From Epithemia pelagica (lineage: Eukaryota; Protista; Bacillariophyta), in assembly GCA_946965045.2 (NCBI GenBank), contig OX337232.1, positions 2,356,001-2,420,000 on the forward strand: DNA of 64,000 nt, in the 5' to 3' direction. Below are positions 32,904-45,200 of the stretch, in pieces. The first letter of the stretch is position 1; every line of letters begins with the position of its first letter. Under the pieces are notes generated by a model that was not told the DNA's origin, ran no database searches, and worked only from the letters and a program-made list of their open reading frames with translations. Both the position numbers and the translations under genes were made by a program.

Positions 32904-33127
32904 GATCAACTGAAACCATCAAATTTCCCAGTTAATGAATGTTGTTTTACGTCGCCGTAAAAAGGAACCAAAGTAGTTCGATTGAATACCGTAGGCCAAA
33001 CATTCTATAAGAACTGATCAAGTCTTAATCGCGTGTTTTCATTGTGTAGTTTGCAGTATACAGTAAGGGAAAAGACCAACGCATTTATTACTCAGACACC
33101 ACTTCACGAGACCCGAGTAACTTGATT

Positions 33128-36100
33128 TCAGTCCTCGAGAGACTGTGGCTGAAGAAGCAGTTTGCATCCTGTGTTCCCCTCGTGCAACAACGAAGGACGT
33201 TGGAGTCGAAAAATAGGGGCAGCTGACAAGCTCTCTTCGTTGTCTTCACCCAGCATATAGGCAATGTCCATCAAAGACTCTCGACCAGGTGCGAAAACTA
33301 CAGTTGCGCTGCGTCCACCTTGAGTGGGCATCGACATCACGTATGAGCCATTAGTGATCGTCAGAGAGGAGATCACTGGAAATGGACAAGATGAAGTAAG
33401 AAACTTCTGCATCTTCTCTCTACGCGACCTTTCGCGATCGCTGATGTTTTTGACGTATCGCCGTTGCAGCTTTACGCGAACTCTCCCTTGGGATTTAGTT
33501 GGATTGGAATCAACGCATGACGGTGGAATATAAGGCTTTCTCTGAAGGCGGGATTGGATCATGGGTTTGTAGGACGAGGGCACACACAATGGAAGTTTGT
33601 GTTTGTACTTGTCTGGGACCTGAGACGAAAATCGGTGTAGAGCAGTAACTATCATACTTACCAGGATCCCGAAAGACGAGCGAAAGAGGTTTTTGAATGT
33701 TTGCGTTAGAGAATCCATCAACGCATCGTCTAGATTGGAGGGTATAATCCTTCCAATACCTGCGAGAACAGTGGTCGGAACGATCATAGACATACTGGTA
33801 CCATCACTACCAGCTTTCGTTACATGGAACAAAAGAGTGACAAGCTTCTTCAGTTCGGCGTTAGTCATGGGTTGTGTCGCAGCCAGGTGCTTGTGGTGGT
33901 CCGTCCACAGTGACAAGGATATGTGTTGCAAACATGTAACTACCAAGGCCTCTTCGTATTTGCCCTTCACCGATCCCATGTTTAAGTCACGAAGGTATGA
34001 AGGGATAAACGAATCACTCGAAGAGTTGCAATAAACGGCCAATGCAGCGATGCGAGGATCTCGACAACTGCTGACTTTGTATTGGCTGGTGACCTCCTGA
34101 AAGTAACTGGGAGGAATTAGAGAAAGGACTTTTCCGACGATTGATAAATCTCCTTCTCTCAGTAACTGTTCAGTATTTTTCTGAGAAGCACGTTTTCGCT
34201 TTCTTTTCACCCTTTTGTCTTTATTCTCACAGGTTTGCAAGCGGTTGACCAGATGAATGACTCTATCAGATATGCAACGGAGAACGTGTTCCTGTGAAGC
34301 AATAAGAGACTGGTTTTTTGTATGGTTTCTGGAATGGAGCAAGAATCGACGCAAAACGTTCGCCGTGGTGATTCGCAACTTTCGACAGGTCCGACCATCC
34401 ATGAACACATGTACGATCAGCTTCGCGAAGTCGATGGCATTGTACTTGGTGCTGTCTTCATGGACCATCATGTCCAGCACTATCAACTTCAATACTTCTA
34501 ACGTTATGGGGTGTCCCTTTTCATCATTGGACGCAACTCCCAGCCACGATATCAGCAGCCTGTGAAGTCGCAAAGTTTGGTGTCCCCTCGTCCTTCGTGA
34601 GAACACGAGCCTCAATGTTTCAATCAAAAGCGACAGAGACTGGTTCAGGGAACGATCGCAGAAGCGAACGCCCAAGTAGCTCGGTTTCAGATCTCTTTGA
34701 TGGGCTTTATCACTGTTTCGGTGGGCTTTACGGACTTTTCGGCGACGGTGCTTTCGAGCTAATACATGCATCTTCAAACACACAGGAAATGTGTGAAATA
34801 GCACTGCCCGAGTCATGAGTAAAAGCCGCTCTTCTGTTTCATCGATGTCATCCACTTTCTCTTTTGCCGACGCCAGAGTGGTTTGCAGAGCGTCGACCAA
34901 AAAAGAAGCCTTTCCAAGGGCAATCGTGTCAACGACCTTTCTCTTCGCACGTTCAAACTGCTCCTTATTGAGCACATTGTCGTCTTGTAGCAGCCAACTT
35001 GTCGAAGTGACCGTCTGAAGTGAAGATGAAACCATAAGTTTTGTCACAACATTCTCCCCCGCGCTTGTTTTGGAAATGGCTTTGAAACATTGTCGTGCTT
35101 TTACCCCAGCAGTACGTAGCGTGTGAGTATGGCGACTGTTCTTTAGCAGCAGAATTTCAAACAGTTTTTGGTGGCGCTTTGACGGCAAGTGCAGCTCCAA
35201 TCCATGAAACAACGCAAGCTGATCAGTGAGCTGAGAAAGCAAGCGAGTGGTTCTACGACATCTGGGAGGTGACACAGCAGATAGTCGGTGCAAGAAGAAG
35301 TGCACACGATTTGTAAAGAAAATGAGAGTCTTGAGACGAAGTTTCAGCAATGACCAAGATGAAGAGGGTTCCCTTGAAGAAGCTTCGGTTGCCATCGAAC
35401 AAACGAATTTGAGGTTTCCTTGCTGCAAAAAGTGGAGAAGGGCTTTCAGAGCTTCCAACGATAAGGTTTGCGGTATTGGTTCCATGGCAGTGGTGATTTC
35501 AGATAGCGTCTTCCAGAAGGGGGACAAAATCTTAGGAGAAGTCCGAACGTAGACATTGCCAATACGCAACAACGCCTGCCAAGCGAGGAAAGCCACAGCA
35601 CGACGACATTCTTTGTTGACTGAGGAATCCTTGTTCTCAGTGCTGAGCGAAACAATGTCCAGTTGATTGAAGAAACGTTCGTAGTACTCATCAACTCCGT
35701 CACTCTCGACTTCATGCTGATCTGTGTGCAAGTGTGTGCTCTCCTGCGAATTTTCCGAAGTGATTTGCTTTTGGTTTCTTTGTTGCTCCAAGGAATGGCA
35801 TAGAACACCTGTCAGACCTCTCAGAAGTTGACTTGTCATTTCCTCCACATCCTTGTTAGCTATGTCACTGTAAGTGCTTGCGCTTTCACTTCGGTTTCCA
35901 ATTTCACTTTCTCCTCTCTGATTTCGGGATGGTGAAGAGAGTTCCAAGAAAACCTGCAGTACATTCAAAACGAGGAGAATATCTAGGATTTGATTCCTAC
36001 CAGAGGATGACGAAGAATAAGAACGGATGCGATCCAACGGTCCAGTCAGGAGATAACCGTGGACAATTCGTAAAACACTCATGTCTATCAAAGGGCTCGA

Positions 36101-36331
36101 GGTGGGTGCGTCTTCCGTATTCTTTTCTTTCGAGAACTGCGTTTCCATGAGACGTTTCACAGGCAGTGAAGGAATGTTTTCGGTGCTTTTACGGAGACAG
36201 TCTTGAAGGGTATGGCATTCATCTAGCATCTCCTGAATCCACGATGAAAAGTCTTTGACAAAATGAGGACATACCTCCTTTCTGGATGAATCCGGCGTGG
36301 TGTTATCTGGATCTTGTTGTTGAGGTGTCAT
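33128..36331 (-). CDS. Hypothetical protein (~1067 aa from ATG 36331), Leu-rich and probably alpha-helical
   Basis: Uninterrupted ORF of over 3.2 kb; no motif recognised; first ATG at 36329-36331. Confidence 0.8.
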   Translation of the reverse strand: MTPQQQDPDNTTPDSSRKEVCPHFVKDFSSWIQEMLDECHTLQDCLRKSTENIPSLPVKRLMETQFSKEKNTEDAPTSSPLIDMSVLRIVHGYLLTGPLDRIRSYSSSSSGRNQILDILLVLNVLQVFLELSSPSRNQRGESEIGNRSESASTYSDIANKDVEEMTSQLLRGLTGVLCHSLEQQRNQKQITSENSQESTHLHTDQHEVESDGVDEYYERFFNQLDIVSLSTENKDSSVNKECRRAVAFLAWQALLRIGNVYVRTSPKILSPFWKTLSEITTAMEPIPQTLSLEALKALLHFLQQGNLKFVCSMATEASSREPSSSWSLLKLRLKTLIFFTNRVHFFLHRLSAVSPPRCRRTTRLLSQLTDQLALFHGLELHLPSKRHQKLFEILLLKNSRHTHTLRTAGVKARQCFKAISKTSAGENVVTKLMVSSSLQTVTSTSWLLQDDNVLNKEQFERAKRKVVDTIALGKASFLVDALQTTLASAKEKVDDIDETEERLLLMTRAVLFHTFPVCLKMHVLARKHRRRKVRKAHRNSDKAHQRDLKPSYLGVRFCDRSLNQSLSLLIETLRLVFSRRTRGHQTLRLHRLLISWLGVASNDEKGHPITLEVLKLIVLDMMVHEDSTKYNAIDFAKLIVHVFMDGRTCRKLRITTANVLRRFLLHSRNHTKNQSLIASQEHVLRCISDRVIHLVNRLQTCENKDKRVKRKRKRASQKNTEQLLREGDLSIVGKVLSLIPPSYFQEVTSQYKVSSCRDPRIAALAVYCNSSSDSFIPSYLRDLNMGSVKGKYEEALVVTCLQHISLSLWTDHHKHLAATQPMTNAELKKLVTLLFHVTKAGSDGTSMSMIVPTTVLAGIGRIIPSNLDDALMDSLTQTFKNLFRSSFGILVSMIVTALHRFSSQVPDKYKHKLPLCVPSSYKPMIQSRLQRKPYIPPSCVDSNPTKSQGRVRVKLQRRYVKNISDRERSRREKMQKFLTSSCPFPVISSLTITNGSYVMSMPTQGGRSATVVFAPGRESLMDIAYMLGEDNEESLSAAPIFRLQRPSLLHEGNTGCKLLLQPQSLED

Positions 36332-37001
36332 TCTGGAAGGTGTGGTAGTGTCAACTGTCACGTATTCAAGCGAGAAAAGGGTGATTGATGATCTACTGCA
36401 TCCCGTACATCCACCTGGTATGCTCAGAAAAGGCAAGTACAACAACTGTCGAATGAGTTCTTGCTACCTTATGAGAGACGGTCACAGAAAGCAAACGGCA
36501 ACAGCAACATTGATCTCTCTTGTTTTGAGGTCAAGAAAGGAACGCAATCATTGTCGTCTTTTTAGTTTTTGCGCATGCGCGCTGTTCTCTAAACTCCGGC
36601 CCGCGCAAGCGAATGCATGGGCGCGCCCGGTGGGTGACCTGTTTCTGTTTGGTGCCTGGAACGCGCACAAAGTTTGAACATGGGCATATGTCATAGGGAC
36701 TGGGAGACGCATCGTCAACAAAGGACATATTGATTTTTTTAGTGAGGCAAAGTACTCCTAAGCAATAGGTCCCAGAAAATCCCAATCTACTGTGGCAACG
36801 TTACAACCTCGCCAGTCTGTTTCCTTCCCTTCTTGCATCCCTGCAATAACTACAATTATCACTACATAGACGTGCTTATCACCACGTATCCTGTTGTGAA
36901 AGCAACCTAGATGAGCTCTTCACATGATCCTTTCGCAGAAGAATGTGAATCAACGATAATATGACCATAGCCATTCTGGACAAAAGAGACAAGCGCATAT
37001 C

Positions 37002-40000
37002 CTAACTTATCATAACATCTTCCGCTTCTAGTGCACCTTCCTCCTTCTTATTGGATGGAACATGTTCGAATTTACGTTCGTACGTAGATACCGTCAACGC
37101 ACCTACGCTACGTTCCGTATCGTCTCCAAAAAGTTCGCGAGGAACGGGATAGTCCACAAGCGAGGATGAATCTGCATCGAACCGATTACATGTGACCAGA
37201 TTCACAAAACCCTCAGAGAGGGATAAGACAGCCGACCGTGCCTTTTTCCTTTCGGATCCCTTGTCCCCGGCTCCAGCAACCCCTGGGTCCATCACCGATC
37301 TCGGCGAGTTACCGTGAGCAGAGGCTTTACGGCTCGATGGTGTAGATTCCGTGGATCTCGGCTTTGTTCGATGGGAAGTAGGACGAGTTTGTTTACGTCC
37401 CAAAGATACTTTACTGCTCTTGTCACCGTCATATGTACTCACGAAACTTGTCCCTGCATCTGTTCCTGTGAAGACTGTCGACGCGAAGTCAGTTCCAGTT
37501 CGGAGTGATCGTTCGTCCGGTTCAGCTCCTGCTTCCTTGTTGCCTTGCATGTTGTTCCGGTACTTGTTCCACATTGCTCTCAATTCTTTACCCTCTTCCA
37601 CTACGGCATCTCCAAGATCTGCCATTTGAGTTGTACCACACTGCCGCAGCAAAGCAGATCCAAATCGAAGCGGCGTCCCATTTTCACGTTGCATAGTGTT
37701 GTATGTTGATCTTGTCACGTAAGATTCATCGTCAGTGGTATTTTGCCATGAAAGATCATCGTCTTCGCCGCATCTTGCTATAGTGTCAACAGCATGTGTC
37801 ATCACTCCACAACCAGCTAATATTGAGGTGGTAGCTCTCTTTCCTCTCATAGAGTATTCTCGTCTCGTTGTCGCCACTGAAAACGAGAATGCATCGTCAT
37901 CTGTCAGTCTCGGATTTGAATATTCAGTGCTTGACATTGCTGCTCCAGATGTCGAGGGAGCTAATCGAGCCGGAGGGCTTGGTGGAGGAGAAGGCACCGC
38001 AGTGTTTGACACCTTTACTGTCGATCCTCCACGTTTTAATGATCCATCTACAGACATCATCCCATCGCGTCTGGTAGAGTTGTCCAAACTCACACTTCCA
38101 GCAACAGTAGCCGGAGAACTTCTGGACGAATAAGGATGAGTGGGGGAAAGTGTTGATTCCTTGGATTCCTCAACCCCGGATGAAATCGAGTTCTCTTCAT
38201 GACCCGTATCTCCTTTTGTCTTTTGACCTCTCTTCGGCCCTTGTCGCGAAGGCAAAACAAACATTTTCCGTTTTAGCTTATCATTTCCGACCTGTTCATT
38301 GGTTTCTGAGAATTTCTCCTCGTGCGAAGCGGAGGTATTCAAAGCTAGTCTTGCTGCTTCACTCATTGCTTGAATCGCTGCCTCATTTCCAAAGTCTGAG
38401 CGGCTGTACGTTGTCTCAGACTTGATCGTAGTGGATGGAGTGTGACTGATATCAGATTTCGACAAAACCAACTCGAGTTGTGATTCTGTTTGTTCAACAG
38501 AGGCATTCTCTATCACCGACGCCGCTTTCTGTTCTTGAGATACGACACTTGTTGGAGCCCGCGACGAAAGATCAACATAAGATTCCACATTGGTACCAAC
38601 TTCCGACACAATCTCTTCTCCTCTCAGAGATTGGGATTGAACGGAGTGTACAGAAGGAGCCACGGCAGCCATTGTATAGAGTGGCATGTGATGGAGTTCA
38701 TTCCTGCACAGAGCATCTTGTGAGGCGGATCTCGACAAGCTAAGTGATCCCAAGCCTGGCACATCGCTCGAGCTTGGCGTTTCGCTTTGATAGCTTCGAG
38801 AGCGCGACAGTCTTCTTACAAATGCTGCAGTCCGCTTTGACTTTGCGGAAGAACTTGTTGTAGACTTAGCTTGGTTCATAGAGCTGGAAGATGATACCAC
38901 AGAAGCGGACGAGCTAGGAACTTGACTTGGAGATTTCTGAGGTATCTCTTGGTCAACGACGGATGTCGGCCGAGAACTCTTTGACACCGTGCTTTCGTTG
39001 TTGTCACCCGAACCACGCCTGTTTCTCACACGGATTGGGGACGGGGCTCGTGAAACTGATTCATGCATTGAAGTGTCCGTTTTCACTTCGGATGTAGCTT
39101 GAACCTCAACACGGGACTCTTTGACGGGTGATGTTTGCCGTTCTTTGACACGAGAGGACTGAGACTTTTGCGACTTGATGCTTTTCTCCTCCCAGGAGAT
39201 AGCTTGCTTTACTGGCTTGGAGTAGTATTCTGTTTCAGAAGGCCGTTCGGAATTGCCCCCAAGTGACCGAGCGCTTCTCTCTCCCCACGACACTGCGCGT
39301 TCAATCATGGATTCTGCATTGTCCAACATGGATCTGGGCGATTTGCTTGATTTGCTTCGTATGCTGCGGTCCCAAGACAACACTCGTTCAACGGCTTCAA
39401 GTTCGTCATCGTGATTGTCACTTACGATTGTTTTTGAGTGTGGACTTGCCCGACCTACAACTTTTACCCCATCAGTGTCCATTGAGTCATTTCTCACAAC
39501 TGGTTCGTTGGGTGGAGTTGTTTTCTCTTTAGCACTGATGGTAAGAAGTCGTTCCACAACAGCCCTGAGTTCTTCTTCATCTGCGTCGTGGGTTCTACTC
39601 AGACCTTGATCCAATGCCTGTAACAGACCTGTCTCGGGCTCATCTGCCGTGCCAAAATGGATGACTTCTTCGCCAGATGCCGGAGCTGCTGGATTCGACT
39701 TTGTTTCGCTTTTCGAACCCCATTCAAACCCCCAGTTTGCCTCCCACATACCCTCAAAGTATGGCGCAGCACATCCTGGGTTCGTAACGATTTGACCTCC
39801 TCCAGAGTCGTTTTGATCGTGAACAGGCTCATGGACAGGGCCGTCAAGATCAAACTCGTCTTTCTCACCAGTCAACTCGTCCACATTCTCTTCCTCGGGA
39901 AAGAAAGTTGGCGTTGTGATCCTACTTGAAGCTGTCCTCGACCTGGGAGATCGAAGGATAGGTTTTGGTTGGTGGTTCCGGGCTTGGATGAGCCCTCTTC

Positions 40001-41057
40001 CTCTTGTGAGAGTTTTCTCCATGTTGAGTTCCATTTCAGGGTCTTTCATCTTCCAATCAAGTTCAACTCGTAAAACGGCATCGCCTGTCTCATCAATTGT
40101 GTAGATCGATGACAGATCTGTAAAAGGAGTTTCGCCCTCATCGTCCTCTTTCTTTTCCTCCTCGATACTATCCGTTGTATCCTCTTTCAGTTGTTGGCGG
40201 TGGTTACGGCGTTTGAAGAAGCCGAATTTTCGCTTTGGTTTGATTCTCTCTGGAGCTGGTTTGGGAGCTTTTGCCTTTTTCACATGGTTCGGATTGTCCA
40301 CCCGTTCGACTGGATACAAGTGGGACGACGACCCCCGCGTGTTTTCTACGGCCAGGTCGCAGACAGCACGACTTGCAGTCCCCTCCAACGTGAGTACAGA
40401 GGACCCGATCGGGACAAGGACCAATTCTTTGTCGGTTGACGTGGTATCCGCCAGTGATAGCACAACTTCGAACGACTTTTTCTGTACGGTTCCGTTCTCA
40501 TCTACTTCCATCTGGCTTTCAAAGGACAATGGCGCTCCCGGAAGTGCATTGCTTGAGTTCCAGAGAGCCAGGCATCGTGTCGTACCAGAACTTGCAGGCA
40601 CATTGGTCGATGTTTCGTCTTCCGATTGCTTGAGATGGCCAGACCATTCCGATTTGACTCGAAAATCTCTCGCCGAGTTGCCCATTTCTCGCAGGGTAAC
40701 AATGGCCTTTACATCCTGTGGAGGAGGAGCAACACCATCTGACCGCTTATCACTTCCCTTGCGCTGATCAAATGTGATACCTGCGATTCCAAGAAGGTTA
40801 ATGTTCACCTCATGGGTTACAGGGTGGGTACGAACGGACGCCTCATCCATCCTGGTGCTGACGTCTGACTCCACAGTGGGTGGCTCAAGGGATTTCAACT
40901 TCTTATCATGAGAATCTTTCCGAAAGGTGGACTGAGAAGATAGCGATGAACTGTTTCGAATGGGGGCCGTCATGGCGGCCTCTGAACACAGTTGCTTTGT
41001 GAAACTCTTCACCATCTCTTTCTTGTTTCTCTCCCAAGAGGTGCGAGCCTCATTCAT
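37002..41057 (-). CDS. C2-like-domain family gene A (long Ser-rich disordered tail)
   Basis: Intact 4-kb ORF; N-terminal domain EVNINLLGIAGIT...VKAIV...CLALWN...VPIG...DLAV shared with the genes at 53614, 57172 and 60646. Confidence 0.85.
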   Translation of the reverse strand: MNEARTSWERNKKEMVKSFTKQLCSEAAMTAPIRNSSSLSSQSTFRKDSHDKKLKSLEPPTVESDVSTRMDEASVRTHPVTHEVNINLLGIAGITFDQRKGSDKRSDGVAPPPQDVKAIVTLREMGNSARDFRVKSEWSGHLKQSEDETSTNVPASSGTTRCLALWNSSNALPGAPLSFESQMEVDENGTVQKKSFEVVLSLADTTSTDKELVLVPIGSSVLTLEGTASRAVCDLAVENTRGSSSHLYPVERVDNPNHVKKAKAPKPAPERIKPKRKFGFFKRRNHRQQLKEDTTDSIEEEKKEDDEGETPFTDLSSIYTIDETGDAVLRVELDWKMKDPEMELNMEKTLTRGRGLIQARNHQPKPILRSPRSRTASSRITTPTFFPEEENVDELTGEKDEFDLDGPVHEPVHDQNDSGGGQIVTNPGCAAPYFEGMWEANWGFEWGSKSETKSNPAAPASGEEVIHFGTADEPETGLLQALDQGLSRTHDADEEELRAVVERLLTISAKEKTTPPNEPVVRNDSMDTDGVKVVGRASPHSKTIVSDNHDDELEAVERVLSWDRSIRSKSSKSPRSMLDNAESMIERAVSWGERSARSLGGNSERPSETEYYSKPVKQAISWEEKSIKSQKSQSSRVKERQTSPVKESRVEVQATSEVKTDTSMHESVSRAPSPIRVRNRRGSGDNNESTVSKSSRPTSVVDQEIPQKSPSQVPSSSASVVSSSSSMNQAKSTTSSSAKSKRTAAFVRRLSRSRSYQSETPSSSDVPGLGSLSLSRSASQDALCRNELHHMPLYTMAAVAPSVHSVQSQSLRGEEIVSEVGTNVESYVDLSSRAPTSVVSQEQKAASVIENASVEQTESQLELVLSKSDISHTPSTTIKSETTYSRSDFGNEAAIQAMSEAARLALNTSASHEEKFSETNEQVGNDKLKRKMFVLPSRQGPKRGQKTKGDTGHEENSISSGVEESKESTLSPTHPYSSRSSPATVAGSVSLDNSTRRDGMMSVDGSLKRGGSTVKVSNTAVPSPPPSPPARLAPSTSGAAMSSTEYSNPRLTDDDAFSFSVATTRREYSMRGKRATTSILAGCGVMTHAVDTIARCGEDDDLSWQNTTDDESYVTRSTYNTMQRENGTPLRFGSALLRQCGTTQMADLGDAVVEEGKELRAMWNKYRNNMQGNKEAGAEPDERSLRTGTDFASTVFTGTDAGTSFVSTYDGDKSSKVSLGRKQTRPTSHRTKPRSTESTPSSRKASAHGNSPRSVMDPGVAGAGDKGSERKKARSAVLSLSEGFVNLVTCNRFDADSSSLVDYPVPRELFGDDTERSVGALTVSTYERKFEHVPSNKKEEGALEAEDVMIS

Positions 41058-41307
41058 GTGAAAAGAAGGCTGAGTCGATTTTTCATGTTCATCGTTCGCA
41101 CCACAAGAATAAGGAACGACCACTCACGTCGGCCACTCGTTTTCATAGCAAATTTCACCTATAGGCTTAAGTAAAGGATCAGATAGAAAAACAAATTTAT
41201 AATTAAGGATAGGATCAGCGCGCTCAGATTTTCCGGTGCTTCTCTTCCAAGTAGACTTATGAGCAATCCTGTTTGTGCTTCCGTTGAGTCTTCTCAACAG
41301 ACCTTAA

Positions 41308-41749
41308 GGCCGACCCTTAAGCCTCTACGAAACGAAAGTTGAGAGCTGACATTTCGTTTTGGCGGGATTTTGCTTCCTTACGCGTCTGCGAAACGAAAAC
41401 TAGAACCGCGCCTTTTCCCCCATTCATCCCCCATTCCCCCCCCATTTTCACTTCAATAAATTGAATACTAAAATAATTCTCATAGAATTGTGACGTACAC
41501 AGGACGCACCGACCGTTGGAGCTGAACGCCAGTCGATCAATACTCTTGAGCGCTATGAACAACTTCACATTCATACATTGTCTAAACGCTTTGCACATCT
41601 GAAACGCCTTCTACTTTCGTTGGCCTACGAAAGTTGGCGCCAACTTTCGTAGCCCCGAAAGCTGAAAAGCAAGAATACCCGGATATAAGAGGTAAAATGA
41701 TGACGTGTCAGCTCTCAACTTTCGTTTCGTAGAGGCTTAAGGGTCAGCC
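41308..41749. mobile_element. TTAA-associated MITE (Kolobok-like GG..CC ends), ~440 bp
   Basis: TTAA|GGCCGACCC-TTAA-GCCTCTACGAAACGAAAGTTGAGAGCTGACA mirrors TGTCAGCTCTCAACTTTCGTTTCGTAGAGGC-TTAA-GGGTCAGCC|TAA; the inner 31 bp are a perfect inverted repeat. Confidence 0.8.
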
Positions 41750-42218
41750 TAACAGTCTTAATCTCAGTCATTCATCAGTCACCCATAATTGCCCATCGGA
41801 CAAAGGCAATACAATGAATGTGCCTCCCTTAAATTTCTCGCATCCGCATGCATGCCGATCAAACAATGACCAAAGCAAATGACCAGGTCCACATTATTTG
41901 GGCAACGACTCAGCACGGTCTTATTTTGGCGTTCGTTTACGAACATAACTCTTATCTCGAAACTCTTTTGGTACGAGAACAGCAATCCAATGACATCTGG
42001 GCTCTAGAGCGATGTTGTGACCAGGAAGACCAAAGTGGCCTTTCGATTTACGACGGACACCAGAAATTGAAGGTTCTCTCTGTAGCTAAAGATTGAAAAA
42101 CAATAACGATGTTTCCAATCCTCCGCAGCGGTAGTGTCTCGGCTTGGCCGTCAAGCCCATTCAAGATATCATCTGTTGTGCGGTCATTTGATAAAATCTC
42201 CTCAAGGCGGCTGTCGAC

Positions 42219-45200
42219 TCACATGTGTTGACTATTTGCTTCCATCCATTGGGTGATTTCTTGTACTTCGTTCAGCCCCCTCCTTGTATTCGTTCGCCGC
42301 CATGCCTCGACCACGTACTGACATGTACGTATGGAGGGCATGTGTCCCATATAGTCGTCACCACCAGTGTTGTTCTGGACCGTGTGAACGAGTTTGTGGA
42401 GGAGAAGCACGGTATCGTGCGGGGACGAACAGCCATGGACCATGATTCGAAAAAATGCATCCCAACACCGGGAGGTTGGTTTTAAATCGGATCGTTCGTC
42501 TTTCCCGCTCAAGTGTATCATTTTGGTTAGGAGAGTTTGAGCATTCTCGGCCAACACAGGGCGATCCTCTTTTTTGCGATTCAATACAGATAACTCAATG
42601 GCACGTAGGGCCGTATAAAAGAACATTTCGTTCACCTCCACTGCAGTGGATGGAGACCGATCAAGTTCCAGAATTTTATCAAAGATTTCCAAAACTCGCC
42701 CAACAAGGGACTCAGTGCCCTTGTCTTGGTGATGGAACGTGTCTTGTGGTTGCGTTTGGCGATCTTGTCTTTGTACTTCCAGCACCCTGATGTAAGCATT
42801 CAAAGTGCCACTGAACATGTGCATCGTGGGAGGAATGGGGCATCTCAGGAGTAAATGGCGAGCTCGTTCCGATGCTTCAACGGTTCCGAGCCGGGCCAAT
42901 TTAGAAATGACAAGAGTGTACAATGTTCCTGCATGTTGTATGTTCTCCACCTTTTGTCGTTGCATACGGTCCAGTAATTGACTAGCCAAAAAGACGCGAT
43001 CCGAATGGCTCATGTTTGTCGCATCGTTGAAATCTGTCGAATCCGAGTGGGACAATGCGTTCTCACCCTTGCGACCACTGCTGCTGGTTGTATGTGTATT
43101 CAGCAATGACGACGGTGTTGCCTTTGATTCTGGGAACAACAACAATTCGTGAACAATACAGGAGTAGGCATGCATATGGGTCATACGCAATTCTTCAGCT
43201 CGTTTTAATAATTCCAAAGCATCATTGACCGCGTGCTCCTGACAACATTGTTGAATACACATGGTAAACAGGTTCGCTGTGGGAGCACAGCTCGAATCTG
43301 GTCGACAATGATGCTCTTCAAAACATTCTAGCAGTAACCAGAGCAAAGATGTCATGTCTGCAGCTCGTTTGTCACTGCCTTCCTCCTCGTGATGGACAGT
43401 GTCGTTCAGTTGTCCACTGTTGAAAGATTCTGATGGAATTTTTTCCTTGTTGGCTCGTGCACGAATACTGCTGTACCGTGTTCCTCCCTTTCGTAGCCAT
43501 GCTTGGAGGACACCACGGACCAAATGAGTAGAAGGGGGCATCGCTTTGTTTTGGTTTGTTTCCAAAGGACTGCTACTCTCTTTGTCTTGGCGGGACTGTC
43601 GTCGCTGTTCGAGATATTCATTTGCCAAATTCCGCACGATGGCATCAGCTTTTTCGACCTGTCCTTGATAGAGGTACAGATTGATGTAGCTTTCGTACGA
43701 GCGCTTGTTGGGCTGCACCACAACCCTGTAGAGAGAATTATTTGGGTTGCTATTTGATGCTAACGTGGTGGCTTGCCGAAACAAGCCTTCCACTGCCTGC
43801 TTTGCTTTCTCAAAGTGAGTCGTCGTGTTGTCCTCATCATCACCCGCTAGTTCGTCCTCTTTATGATGGTCGTTCTTCCCCTCGACCTGGCTTTCTTGGT
43901 GTTGTACTGATGAAGGTTCATTCGCCGTGGCACTGCGTTTATAGGGCCGACAACTGTTGACCCAAGCAAAAAGGGCCGCATTGAAGCAATCCGTTAGATC
44001 AATGACCACCTGTAAATCACTCTTGGATGTCGGAGAGGAAGATGACGGCTCATTGCCATCTTGTCCAGATAATGATGATGACGACGACAATGACGAAACC
44101 GAAACCGATGTCGGAAGGTCGTTTTGTTCAACTACTTCGTCCTGCTCGCTAGGCAATTTTGCATCGTTGAAATGCTGCCACGCCATGTCCCACACTTCTT
44201 GCGCCATTTCGGGTTCTCGTCGTTTGGCATGCGCCGAAATGAGAGTCCCAAAACTGGCAGGATTGGGACCCAATCCACTTTGTCCCGACGAATGCGGTTT
44301 GGAAAGAGAAGGTTCTTGCTGGGGTTGTTGTGATATGGACGACAATCCTTCGCTTCCTTGTGGATACTGCTGATTCAATTTGAGCATGAGTTGCAAAATA
44401 TCCCGTGCCCGCAAGAGTGCATGATTTTCCGGCGACTCTGCCCACGCACGCAAGACGCGATTGAAGGTCTCGGTCGTCGGTCCAGTCCATGCGGCACGAG
44501 GTTTCAGAGACAAGGACTCGGTTGGTGTGGACAATGTTGTTGCTGCCGTGGAAGTTTGAGTTGCTGCCATGTAAGACATGCGCAACAGCAAATCTTCGGC
44601 TTGCGCCGCAGCTCCATATTCTGTCGATGCTCGACTAGCCAGAACTAATATCCATTCATTGTACAAGTGTAAGGGTAACAAGAAAGAAGCCATGGATGCT
44701 TTTTCATCTTCACCATTTTGCTGCTGTTGCTGTTTCTCCGCGAGGTCTTTTTCCAATTGTTCCATGACTGCGTTTGCCCAGGCACGGGCTTGCGGATGCG
44801 ATCGACAGGAGCCGCAGGCATACAGAAAAGAACTGTACAGTGAATGTGGAATTCGAGACGAATCACCAGTGTATGCCGTTGTGGCCTCGACGCTTGCATT
44901 TGGTTTCATGTCCTCACCGCTCGGAGGTTGAGGAGGATGTCTGTGCCTCGCAAGGACTCGTTGCATCAAGGTATGAGCTTGATCCAAGGCATGGTCTGTC
45001 CCCACATTGGCCCATCCTCGCAAAACATGAATATAAGATTTCATGGGCAGAATCCGGTCGACTTCCCTGTTTCGATCTGCGTTGGAATGACCACTACTGG
45101 AGGTATCGCGGATGAACTGATCCTCTTGTCGCTCCAATCGTTCCAACAATTTCTGTGCCACTTGAAGGTATGAAACGTGTTTCTCACGGTCGTGATTGGG

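Noticed and set aside
41848-42096. 82-aa ORF between the MITE and the PPR gene
   Set aside because: Short, no recognisable motif and no supporting gene structure.
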